This document shows, one piece after another, positions 1 through 8,580 of a stretch of DNA of 64,000 nt. Origin of the DNA: Acidimicrobiales bacterium (GTDB lineage Bacteria; Actinomycetota; Acidimicrobiia; Acidimicrobiales; Aldehydirespiratoraceae). A program made the position numbers and the translations under genes. How positions within the stretch are numbered: position 1 is the first letter of the stretch; every line of letters starts with the position of its first letter. The notes under the pieces are model-generated. The model was not told the DNA's origin, did not search any database, and saw nothing but the letters and a program-made list of their open reading frames with translations. The stretch covers positions 3,032,369-3,096,368 of the forward strand of contig JAWPML010000001.1 of assembly GCA_033344915.1 (NCBI GenBank), in the 5' to 3' direction.

Positions 1-640
1 GATCCTGCGGCGCGCCGTCGAGCAGGGCGTCGTGACGGGCGAACCCCGTGATGCGGATCTTGTCGGTGTCGGTGCCGTAGAACCAGTGGCCCTGGGTCGC
101 GTGGGTCGGCGAGCACGCCATCAGCAGATCCGGTACGGGGAGGTGCCAGGGCAGGACGATGCGCCAGAACAGACGCTGCAGGGCCGATCCGTGGAACAGC
201 TGGTAGAGCCGATGATCGGTGGCGTCGATCGCCCGCTCGATCTTCTTGATCCCGATGCCGTGGCGCAGGAGCACGAGGTTGGCGCCGCGCGACGTCCAGA
301 AGTTGATGTCCTTCGGCAGCGAGTCGTAGACGAACACGCCCGACCGCAGCGTCCACCAGATACCCGCCGGCGACCACGCCGTGTAGGCCCGATGTCCCTC
401 GGCACGCAGCTGGGCCCGGATCACCGGCTCGTTGGTGATCCACGCGATGGACACGCCGTCGACCGGGTGCTCGCTCAGATGCTCGAACACCGCGCCGGCA
501 TTGTCACCGAAGCGATGGCCACTCCAGCAACCGAACGACCACTGCCCGGCCCGGCGCGGCACCAACCCCGCGAGCGCGTAGAGCAGGAACTGTGCCGGCC
601 GCAGCACGACGGAGACGACGCTCCACACGCGTGCGCTCAA
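1..640 (-). CDS. CDP-glycerol glycerophosphotransferase family protein (TagB/TagF-like), N-terminal part only; the 3' end lies left of the window
   Basis: Not in the ORF track because there is no stop in the window. My own minus-strand translation from about 640 down to 2 gives LSARVWSVVSVVLRPAQFLLYALAGLVPRRAGQWSFGCWSGHRFGDNAGAVFEHLSEHPVDGVSIAWITNEP...LLRHGIGIKKIERAI...DLLMACSPTHATQGHWFYGTDTDKIRITGFARHDALL. This is the typical TagF-family layout. The start is uncertain (TTG at 640 or GTG at 628). Confidence 0.65.
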   Translation of the reverse strand, partial: MSARVWSVVSVVLRPAQFLLYALAGLVPRRAGQWSFGCWSGHRFGDNAGAVFEHLSEHPVDGVSIAWITNEPVIRAQLRAEGHRAYTAWSPAGIWWTLRSGVFVYDSLPKDINFWTSRGANLVLLRHGIGIKKIERAIDATDHRLYQLFHGSALQRLFWRIVLPWHLPVPDLLMACSPTHATQGHWFYGTDTDKIRITGFARHDALLDGAPQD

Positions 641-795
641 CGCCCGCTGCCTCGCTGCATCCTGTCGGTCGTCCCTTCGTGATCGTGCCGACGATTCGCC
701 GGACGGTCCAACGTAGTATGGGAGTGACCACGCTCTGCGGCAAGACCGGGCCCGGGGTGACGGGCGTCGATTCCCGTCTCGCATAGGCTCCCGGC

Positions 796-2034
796 GTGTC
801 GAACGTCCAGGCCGCGGGCCGAGCATCGCTGACGGTGCTCGCCCAGGGACTCTCGAGCGTCACCAACTTCGCCGCCGGCGCGTTCGCCCTCGACGCCGCC
901 GACGGTGACATCGGCGCGTTCGGCCGGTTCGCGATCGCGTTCCAGCTGTGTCAGGTGGTCATCGCCATCGGGCACGCGTCGAGCGGCACGACCGTCCTCA
1001 TCCACGGCGCGAAGAACGACGCGGACGGCAGCGTCGACCAGCTCCGCGCCGGCGCGGCCACGGCGGCCATCGTGATCGGCGGCGGGCTCGCTGCCGTCAT
1101 CACGGTCGGTGGCCTCGTCGCCGGCTCCGACCTCGGGACGACGCTCCTGCTCGCCGCCGGCGCGCCCGCGCTCACCTCGCAGTACACGCTGCGCGCCTCG
1201 TACTTCGCCCAGAACAACGCGGCCGGTGTCGTCCGGGCCGACGCGATCTGGCTCGCCGTGCTGCTCGCCGCGGCCGCAGGCGACGCCATGGGCGGTTGGC
1301 ACCCCTCGCCGGACGACTATCTCGCCGTGTGGCTGATCGGGGCCGCCGTGAGCGCGCTCCCCTCCCTGCTCGTGGGACTGGGCCGGGGCCGCCGTCACCT
1401 CGGCCTGTTCTGGGCCACCACCGGTCCACAGGCGATCCGCACCGGGGCCGACTCGCTGCTCGCCCGCAGCGTCTTCGTCTTCACGCTCTTCGCAGCCGAA
1501 CGGATCGTCGGCGTGGAGGCCAGTGGCGTGATCGCGGCCGCCGTCCTGGTCTTCTCGCCCCTGACCGTCGTCCACACGTCGTCGGCCGCGGTCGTGATCC
1601 CGGCCAACATCCGCCGCCGGGGCATCCACATCCCGTCACCGAGGCTCCCGCTCCAGGCCGCGGCGGCCATCGCGGCGATCACGCTCGGCTGGGCGGCCTT
1701 CCTGCTCGTGTTCAACGAGACCCGCTACGCCTTCGGTCCCTTCGACCTCGACTCGGCCGGGGTCACCGGTGCCCTGTTCGCCGCGACACTCGTCCGCTTC
1801 CTCGCCATGGCGTTCTGGCGAGGACCCGAACTCGCCCTCCGGATCGCGGATGCGGCCACCGCGAGCCTGCAGGCGCGCATGGTCGGCACCTGCGTGCAAT
1901 GGATCGTGCCGGTCATCGGCTTCGCGGTCGCCGACGTGAACGGCGGTGCCTTCGGCCTCGGCATCGCCACCTGGGTCGGTGCCCTCGTGGCGTGGGAGCG
2001 CTACCGCCAGCTCGGCCCGCCCTCCCCCGCCTGA
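796..2034 (+). CDS. Polytopic membrane protein, possibly a polysaccharide flippase (MOP/Wzx-like)
   Basis: 412 aa, hydrophobic throughout with about 12 predicted helices by eye. It diverges from the TagF-like gene and is followed by a glycan-related lipoprotein. The family assignment rests on context and topology only. Confidence 0.5.
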   Translation: MSNVQAAGRASLTVLAQGLSSVTNFAAGAFALDAADGDIGAFGRFAIAFQLCQVVIAIGHASSGTTVLIHGAKNDADGSVDQLRAGAATAAIVIGGGLAAVITVGGLVAGSDLGTTLLLAAGAPALTSQYTLRASYFAQNNAAGVVRADAIWLAVLLAAAAGDAMGGWHPSPDDYLAVWLIGAAVSALPSLLVGLGRGRRHLGLFWATTGPQAIRTGADSLLARSVFVFTLFAAERIVGVEASGVIAAAVLVFSPLTVVHTSSAAVVIPANIRRRGIHIPSPRLPLQAAAAIAAITLGWAAFLLVFNETRYAFGPFDLDSAGVTGALFAATLVRFLAMAFWRGPELALRIADAATASLQARMVGTCVQWIVPVIGFAVADVNGGAFGLGIATWVGALVAWERYRQLGPPSPA

Positions 2035-2076
2035 CGATCGCTCACATCCGGGGTCGTCGCGGTCGATGGCATCGGC

Positions 2077-3525
2077 ATGTGGCGTGTCGCGGTCAGGAGT
2101 CTCGTCGGCCTGTCGGGCCTCGCACTGCTCGCCGCGGGATGCGCCGACGCACCCGATGAGGTCGCCACGACCGGTGTCGAGCGCATCGCCGGCGTCGCGC
2201 CCACCACCGAGCCGCCCCTGATCGATGCCGGCGCGACCGCGTCCCCCGCGCTCACGCCGACGCTTCCTCCGACGACGACGATCGCCGCGACCACCACGAC
2301 GATCCCGGCACCGGCCCCGACCCCGACGACCACCCCGACCGCCACCTCGACCGCCACCTCGACCGCACCCCCAACGCCCACCACCACTACGACCACCTCC
2401 ACCACCGCCACCGTGCCCGACGCCGGCTGTTGCGGGGAGGGTCGGCTGGAGATCTTCGTCACCGCGAAGTCCGCCTTCGACGTGTGGACCAGCGGCGGGC
2501 ACTGGGACTGGATGAACGAGCACTACGACTCGATGGTGGTCTGGGAGCCGTACTGGGATTCCCGACTGGACTCCTACGACGACGTGACGGTCTACCGCGA
2601 CGCCTACGCGATCAAGACGAACACCGACAAGGACCGCCGTTCGGTCGACCATCCCGACTGGCTTCTGCGCGACGCGGCCGGCGACCCCGTCTACATCCCG
2701 TTCGCCTGCAACGGCGGGTGTCCCCAGTTCGCGGCCGACGTCGGCAACCCGGCCTTCCGCGACGACTGGATCGCCCGGGTGCAGGCCTCCGTCGACCGGG
2801 GCTACCGCGGCCTGTTGATCGACGACGTGAACATGCTCTGGCGGTTCAGCGACGTGAACGGCGGCGACATCGAGCCGATCGACCCCCGCACGGGTGCGGT
2901 GCTGACCCTCGCCGACTGGCAGCGCTACATGACCGAGTTCATGGAGCAGGTGCGCGCCGCGTTCCCCCAGCTCGAGATCTGGCACAACTCGATCTGGTAC
3001 GCCGACTCCCCCACGTTCGACAACGCCCTCGTCGACCGTCAGATACGGGCCGCCGACGTGATCCAGCTCGAGCGCGGGATGAACGATCTCGGCCTCAAGA
3101 GCGGAACGTCGAAGTACGGCATGCAGACGTTCATGACCTTCATCGACCGGGTGCACGCCAACGGCGCCGGCGTCGCCCTACTCGACGAGAACGCCGTCGA
3201 CATCCAGGGCCAGTGGTACAACATCGCCGGCGGTCTGCTTGTCAACAACGGACGCGACCTGGTGACCACCGAGGACTGGGATCTGATCGCGCCGGGCGGG
3301 CTGTTCGACGGGTATCTCACCGATCTCGGCCACGCCCTCGGTCCCCGCGCTGTGGTCGACGGCACGATCCAGCGGGAGTTCACGGGCGGACTCGTCGTCA
3401 TGAACGAGCCCCGGTCGGATCCGGTGACCGTCGATCTCGGCGGCTCCTGGCTGACGCCCGAGGGCGACGCGGTCACCTCGGTCACCCTCGACACCCGCGA
3501 GGCCATCGTCCTCACGCGCCCCTGA
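2077..3525 (+). CDS. Lipoprotein with a Pro/Thr-rich linker and a glycoside-hydrolase-like TIM-barrel domain (GHL15-like)
   Basis: Lipobox LLAAGC, then a PTTTP/ATST low-complexity linker, then a C-terminal region (WDWMNEHYDSMVVWEPYWD...GYRGLLIDDVNMLW...EIWHNSIWY) resembling the hypothetical glycosyl hydrolase-like family 15. The family was recalled from memory. Confidence 0.55.
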   Translation: MWRVAVRSLVGLSGLALLAAGCADAPDEVATTGVERIAGVAPTTEPPLIDAGATASPALTPTLPPTTTIAATTTTIPAPAPTPTTTPTATSTATSTAPPTPTTTTTTSTTATVPDAGCCGEGRLEIFVTAKSAFDVWTSGGHWDWMNEHYDSMVVWEPYWDSRLDSYDDVTVYRDAYAIKTNTDKDRRSVDHPDWLLRDAAGDPVYIPFACNGGCPQFAADVGNPAFRDDWIARVQASVDRGYRGLLIDDVNMLWRFSDVNGGDIEPIDPRTGAVLTLADWQRYMTEFMEQVRAAFPQLEIWHNSIWYADSPTFDNALVDRQIRAADVIQLERGMNDLGLKSGTSKYGMQTFMTFIDRVHANGAGVALLDENAVDIQGQWYNIAGGLLVNNGRDLVTTEDWDLIAPGGLFDGYLTDLGHALGPRAVVDGTIQREFTGGLVVMNEPRSDPVTVDLGGSWLTPEGDAVTSVTLDTREAIVLTRP

Positions 3526-3543
3526 TCGCACCAACGGTTGTCG

Positions 3544-3587
3544 AGGTGAAGCGGGGGTCAGACCCCAGTTGAAGCGCGGGGTCAGAC
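3544..3587. repeat. Two tandem copies of a dispersed intergenic element (AGGTGAAGCGGGGGTCAGACCCC / AGTTGAAGCGCGGGGTCAGAC)
   Basis: Read directly. The same 23-mer recurs in forward and inverted orientation at 23209-23263, also between convergent genes. The second copy contains the stop codon (tca at 3582-3584) of the minus-strand gene. Confidence 0.6.
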
Positions 3588-5582
3588 GAGGAGGGCGTCG
3601 GTGATGACCTCGACGAGCGCGGGACCGTTGTGGGCGAGGGCGTCGGCGAGCGCGGCGTCGAGCTCGTCGAGTGACGTCACCCGGAAGCCCTTGGCCCCGC
3701 ACAGCTCGGCGAAGGCCGCGAACGACGGATTGTGCAAGGAGGTCTGCCACACGTCGAGGTCGGCGGCCCGCTGTTCCTTCGAGATCTTGCCGAGCTCGCT
3801 GTTGTTCATCACCACATGGATGATGTCCATGCCGTACTTCACCGCGGTCGTCATCTCCATGGCGTACTGGCCGAGGCCACCGTCGCCGGACACGGACACG
3901 ACCGGCCGCCCGGCGAACGCCGGCTGGCTCTGCGTGGCGGCCCACGATCCCATCGCCGCCGGCAGCGCGAACCCGATCGAGCCGAGATAGCCGGACATCA
4001 GCACCGACTGCTCCCGCACCTCGAAGTACCGACCGAACGAGTACGTGTTGTTGCCCACGTCGACCGGCATGATCGCGTCTGCGGGCACGAGACGACCGAG
4101 CGCGTCGAACAACGCCGCGGCATTGATGCCCGCGCCATGGTCGTCGGCCCGGCGGCTCGCCTTCTCCTCTCGCCAGATCGCCCAGCGCTCCGCGACCTCC
4201 GCCTCGGTGGACCGGCCCGCGTCCGCACACGCGTCGCGCAGCGCCCGGGCCGTCACCCCCACATGGCCCTGCACCGGGTGGGTGACAGCGTGGAAACGGC
4301 CGAGCGCCATCGGATCGAAGTCGACCTGCACGATCGGCTTGTAGTCGCTGATGCCCGTGTGGTTCGAGAACGACACGCCGAAGGTGACGAGCAGGTCGCT
4401 CTCGTTCATGAACCAGCTCGCGACGGGCGTGCCCGAACGGCCGAGCACACCACCGGCGAGCGGGTGGTGATCGGAGATGAGCCCCTTCGCCTTGAAGGTG
4501 GTCGCGACCGGCGCGTCGAGCTTCTCCGCGAGCGCCACGATGTCGGCCATCCCTTCGCGGGCGCCGTTCCCCACGATGATCACGGGCCGCTCCGCAGCGT
4601 CGATCGCGGCGATCGCGTCGGCCAGTGGGCCGGCGGGCGGGGCGATCTCGCGGCTGCCGGTGCGGCCCTCGGGTGACCCCACGCGGGCGCGGTCGGCGGC
4701 CGGTAGTTCCTGCACCTCGTCGGGGAACACGAGCTGGGCGACGTCTCGCTCGACCAGCGCCGTCTTGCACGCGAGCGACATGATCTCGCCGTGGTCGGAT
4801 CCGGCTTGCACCGTGGCCGAGTACCGGGCCACATCCGCGAACGCGGCGGCGAGATCCGTGTCCTGGAACGCCCCGCGGCCGCGCACCTTGCTCGGCACCT
4901 GGCCGCAGAGGGCGAGCACCGGCGCCCGATCCGTCTTCGCGTCGTAGAGGCCGGTGAGCAGGTTCGTCGAGCCCGGCCCGGCGATCGCGAAGCAGCCGGC
5001 GAGCTTGCCGGTGAGCTTGCCGTAGGCCGTGGCGGCGAACGACGCCGCGCCCTCGTGCCGGATCCCGATGTAGGTGAGATCACCGCGCTCCTCGGCGACG
5101 CGCATCGCGTCCGCGATCCCGAGATTCGAGTGCCCGACCATGCCGAACACATGGGTCACCCCCCAGGCGATCATCGTCTCGACCATCACGTCCGACACGG
5201 TGCGCACCCGGGCGGACTCGGTGGGCAACGCGACATAGACACCGTCCTCGCGCACCTCCGTGCGGTACGCATCGGGACCGTCGTTGAACGCGCCGGGCGG
5301 CTCACCGTTCTTCGGCGAGAAGTCGTAGCCGTGCCACGGGCACCGCAACCACCCCTTCTCGATCGAACCCTCCCCCAGCGGTCCGCCCTGATGCGGACAG
5401 GCGTTGTCGATGCAGCCGAAGCCGCCCTCGGCGGTGTTCGACACGCACAGTGACTCGTGGCCGATGGTGACGGTCGTGACCCGACCCTCGGGCAGCTCGT
5501 CGACCTCGATCAGCTTGTGCCACGCGAACGCCCCCTCGGGGAGCGCCGGCTCGGTCGTGGACGGGATCTCGTCGGAACTCAC
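3582..5582 (-). CDS. Rieske [2Fe-2S] domain fused to a TPP-dependent pyruvate-oxidase/PoxB-like enzyme
   Basis: The ORF-track entry 3582..5843 was trimmed to the GTG at 5582, which overlaps the upstream stop as GTGA. Rieske signature: CPHQGGPLGEGSIEKGWLRCPWHGY. TPP N-domain: VMVETMIAWGVTHVFGMVGHSN...GPGSTNLLTGLYDA. TPP-binding motif: GDGGLGQYAMEMTTAVKYGMDIIHVVMNNSELG. Confidence 0.8.
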   Translation of the reverse strand: MSSDEIPSTTEPALPEGAFAWHKLIEVDELPEGRVTTVTIGHESLCVSNTAEGGFGCIDNACPHQGGPLGEGSIEKGWLRCPWHGYDFSPKNGEPPGAFNDGPDAYRTEVREDGVYVALPTESARVRTVSDVMVETMIAWGVTHVFGMVGHSNLGIADAMRVAEERGDLTYIGIRHEGAASFAATAYGKLTGKLAGCFAIAGPGSTNLLTGLYDAKTDRAPVLALCGQVPSKVRGRGAFQDTDLAAAFADVARYSATVQAGSDHGEIMSLACKTALVERDVAQLVFPDEVQELPAADRARVGSPEGRTGSREIAPPAGPLADAIAAIDAAERPVIIVGNGAREGMADIVALAEKLDAPVATTFKAKGLISDHHPLAGGVLGRSGTPVASWFMNESDLLVTFGVSFSNHTGISDYKPIVQVDFDPMALGRFHAVTHPVQGHVGVTARALRDACADAGRSTEAEVAERWAIWREEKASRRADDHGAGINAAALFDALGRLVPADAIMPVDVGNNTYSFGRYFEVREQSVLMSGYLGSIGFALPAAMGSWAATQSQPAFAGRPVVSVSGDGGLGQYAMEMTTAVKYGMDIIHVVMNNSELGKISKEQRAADLDVWQTSLHNPSFAAFAELCGAKGFRVTSLDELDAALADALAHNGPALVEVITDALLV

Positions 5583-7204
5583 AGCGTCACGCCTCCGTAG
5601 GCAATACCCGTGAGATGGGCCATCTCGCGGTCGAACGTGGTCAGGTCGTCGCGGCAGAACTCGTCGAGGTGGGTGTGACCGCAGGCCCGGGCCAGCACGC
5701 CCATCAGTTCTACGCTCGCCGCGAAGAAGCGGTGGAGCCGGTCGGCGGCCTCGTCGACCGGCAGCCGCGCCCGCAGCTCCGGCTTCTGGGTCGCGATCCC
5801 GACCGGACAGTTGTTGGTCGAACACGCCCGCATGCCGATGCAACCGATGGCCTGCATCGCCGCGTTCGACACCGCCACCGCGTCGGCGCCGAGGGCCAGC
5901 GCCTTGGCGAAATCGGTGTGGGTCCGCAGCCCGCCGGTGATCACGAGCGTGATGTCCTGGCGACCGCGGGCATCGAGATGGCGCCGGGCCCGGGCGAGCG
6001 CGGGGATCGTCGGCACGGAGATGTGGTCGCGGAAGACGACCGGGGCGGCGCCCGTGCCGCCACCACGCCCGTCGAGGATCACGTAGTCGACGCCGACGCG
6101 GAGCGCAGCGTCGATGTCGTCCTCGATGTGCTGGGCCGAGAGCTTCACCCCGATCGGGACGCCGCCGGACGCCTCGCGCACCTCGTCGGCGAGACGGCGG
6201 TAGTCGTCCTCACAGTCGAGATCCTCGAACGTCGACGGCGAGATCGCGTCCTCCCCCGGCTCGAGCCCGCGGACCTCGGCGATCTTCCCCTGGACCTTGA
6301 TCCCCGGCAGGTGGCCACCGGTGCCGGTCTTCGCTCCCTGTCCGAGCTTGAAGTGGAAGGCCTGCACCCCGCCACCGTTCTCGGGCCGCACCTTGTCGAG
6401 CGACCAGCCGAACTTCCCGCTCGCGAGCTCGTAGAAGTAGCGGGAGTTGGCGTCGCGCTCCTCCGGGAGCATCCCACCCTCACCCGAGCAGATGCCGGTG
6501 CCGGCGAGCTCCGCCCCCCTGGCCAGCGCCACCTTCGCCTCCTCGCTGAGCGCGCCGAAGGACATGTCGCTGACGAACAGCGGGATGTCGAGGCGCAGCG
6601 GCGAGTCGGCGTTCGGGCCGATCACGACGTCCGTCGCCACCGGCACCTCGTCGAGCTGGGGCTTGCGGGCGAGCTGGGCGGTGACGAACTGGATGTCGTC
6701 CCACCGCGGCAGCTCCTCGCGGGACACCCCCATCGACGTGACCGGGCCGTGGTGTCCGAGATAGTCGAGCCCCTCGTTCGCGAGCTGGCGGATCAACCCG
6801 ACGTGGGGCTCCGCCGGGTCGCCGTGCGGGTCCTGGTAGGCGCCCTGGTACGCGTCGCGGTCGTACGGCTGGGGGTGTTCCTTCGTCCAGAGGCGGATCT
6901 CCTCGGCGTCGACGAGGAGATCGTCGTCCTCGATCCACGAGGAGAACTTCGCGAGCCGTTCGCTGTTGTCGTAGCTCGACACCCCGGTGTGGAACACATA
7001 GTCCCAACCGTGCAGTCCGCAGATGAGATCGTCGCCGTCGACATGACCGTCCGCCATCAAGGCACCGCGGTGCAGACACCGGCCGTAGAGGACCGAGTGG
7101 TTGTCGTCGAAGCGCACGATGACGAGATCCACACCGTCCACGAACGCGCCGACGGGCTCCCGATCCGGTACCTCGCTCCAGTTCGCGATCTTCACTGCCT
7201 GCAT
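5579..7204 (-). CDS. Rieske [2Fe-2S] domain fused to a glutamate-synthase-type FMN/3Fe-4S domain (GltB domain-2-like)
   Basis: Trimmed to the ATG at 7204, which is preceded by GAGGAGG (7210-7216 on the minus strand). Rieske signature: CLHRGALMADGHVDGDDLICGLHGW. GltS FMN-domain motifs: FHFKLGQGAKTGTGGHLPG, ILDGRGGGTGAAP, and the C-x5-C-x4-C triad in GCIGMRACSTNNCPVGIATQ. Confidence 0.8.
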   Translation of the reverse strand: MQAVKIANWSEVPDREPVGAFVDGVDLVIVRFDDNHSVLYGRCLHRGALMADGHVDGDDLICGLHGWDYVFHTGVSSYDNSERLAKFSSWIEDDDLLVDAEEIRLWTKEHPQPYDRDAYQGAYQDPHGDPAEPHVGLIRQLANEGLDYLGHHGPVTSMGVSREELPRWDDIQFVTAQLARKPQLDEVPVATDVVIGPNADSPLRLDIPLFVSDMSFGALSEEAKVALARGAELAGTGICSGEGGMLPEERDANSRYFYELASGKFGWSLDKVRPENGGGVQAFHFKLGQGAKTGTGGHLPGIKVQGKIAEVRGLEPGEDAISPSTFEDLDCEDDYRRLADEVREASGGVPIGVKLSAQHIEDDIDAALRVGVDYVILDGRGGGTGAAPVVFRDHISVPTIPALARARRHLDARGRQDITLVITGGLRTHTDFAKALALGADAVAVSNAAMQAIGCIGMRACSTNNCPVGIATQKPELRARLPVDEAADRLHRFFAASVELMGVLARACGHTHLDEFCRDDLTTFDREMAHLTGIAYGGVTL

Positions 7205-7317
7205 CGACGCCTCCTCGGCCCGGTCGGGTGCCATACCCTGCCTCACGGGGCTCCCCGGCGCAGAAGGAACTACCGCAGCGCCGGATTCGTTCCCGAACGC
7301 CAGGAGGGGTGGACACG

Positions 7318-8580
7318 GTGAGCACGTCGGACATCGCGATCATCGCCGGCTTCGTGATCGCCTACGGGCTCGTGTCGCGCCGCGTCGAACACTCGTTGCT
7401 GACCGGCCCGATGCTGTTCGTCGGATTCGGGTTGCTCGTCGGCAGCGCGGGGTTCGACGTGCTCGACTTCGGGCTCGACTCGACCGGCGTCGAGGTGCTC
7501 GCCGAGGCGACCCTCGGGCTGCTCCTGTTCACCGACGCGACCCGCATCGACACGGCCCGACTGCGCTCGGACGTCGTCCTGCCGGCGCGGATGCTCCTGC
7601 TCGGTCTGCCCCTGGCGATCGCGCTCGGCACGGGCCTCGCCGCCGTCCTGTTCGACATCCCGATCGCGGTCGCCGCGCTCCTCGCCGCGATCCTCGCGCC
7701 GACGGATGCCGCCCTCGGCGAGGCGGTCGTCAGCAGTCCGTCCGTGCCGGTGCGCGTGCGGCAGTCCCTCAACGTCGAGAGCGGACTCAACGACGGCATC
7801 GCCCTCCCCGCCGTGACGGTCTTCGTCGCCCTCGCCGCCGAGGACGAGGCGTTCTCGACCGCCAGCAGCTGGGCTCGTTTCGCGGCGGAGCAGGTCGGCT
7901 ACGGCGTGGCGCTCGGCGTCGTCGTCGGCTGCGTCGGCGCCGTCCTCGTCCGTGACGCGAGCCGGCGCGGGTGGATGGAGGGCATCTATCGCCAGCTCGG
8001 GGTGCTCGCCCTCGCGACGCTGACCTTCGCGCTCGCGACCCAGGTCGGGGGCAACGGTTTCATCGCCACGTTCGTCGGCGGTCTCGCCTTCGGCGCGATC
8101 GCCCGGGTCGAGTGCAACACCGTGGCGGAGTTCACCGATGATGTCGCCCACCTGCTCGCGATGCTCAGCTTCATCGTGTTCGGCGCCCTGATCGTCGGAC
8201 CCTCGCTCGACGAGATCGACTGGCGGGTGGCGGTCTACGCGGTCGGCAGCCTCGTGCTCGTCCGACCGGTGGCGATCGGGCTCTCGTTGCTCGGCGCCGG
8301 ACTTCAGCCGCCGACCGTCGCCTTCTTCGGTTGGTTCGGGCCGCGGGGCCTCGCATCCATCCTCTTCGGGATCGTGGCGCTCGAGGAGGCCCACGGCACG
8401 GACCTCTCCATCGTGTTCGTCGTGATGTCGTGGACGGTGCTGCTCTCGATCGTCGTCCACGGCATGACCGCGGGAATCGGCGCCGAGGCTTATGGACGCT
8501 GGTGGTCGGACCGACGGGATGACGCGATGCCCGAGTCCCTGCCCATGCCCGAACAACGCCGCCGCGGCGAGGCTCCGTGA
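7318..8580 (+). CDS. Na+/H+ (cation:proton) antiporter, CPA1 family
   Basis: Trimmed to the GTG at 7318, 8 nt after AGGAGGGG (7302-7309). Polytopic, with LAAILAPTDAALG and NVESGLNDGIALP motifs typical of NhaP-type exchangers. Confidence 0.8.
   Translation: MSTSDIAIIAGFVIAYGLVSRRVEHSLLTGPMLFVGFGLLVGSAGFDVLDFGLDSTGVEVLAEATLGLLLFTDATRIDTARLRSDVVLPARMLLLGLPLAIALGTGLAAVLFDIPIAVAALLAAILAPTDAALGEAVVSSPSVPVRVRQSLNVESGLNDGIALPAVTVFVALAAEDEAFSTASSWARFAAEQVGYGVALGVVVGCVGAVLVRDASRRGWMEGIYRQLGVLALATLTFALATQVGGNGFIATFVGGLAFGAIARVECNTVAEFTDDVAHLLAMLSFIVFGALIVGPSLDEIDWRVAVYAVGSLVLVRPVAIGLSLLGAGLQPPTVAFFGWFGPRGLASILFGIVALEEAHGTDLSIVFVVMSWTVLLSIVVHGMTAGIGAEAYGRWWSDRRDDAMPESLPMPEQRRRGEAP

Noticed and set aside
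2225-2410. Repetitive CCG/ACC-rich DNA, and a similar stretch with an 18-bp duplication at about 59990-60070
   Set aside because: These encode the Pro/Thr-rich linkers of two lipoproteins. It is low-complexity coding sequence, not an independent repeat element.
1636-3156. 506-aa minus-strand ORF, together with the neighbouring 637..1629, 948..2159 and 3178..4770 ORFs
   Set aside because: They overlap better-supported plus- or minus-strand genes in other frames. Their translations are dominated by R/G/P/D runs such as GGGGGGRSGGGR.
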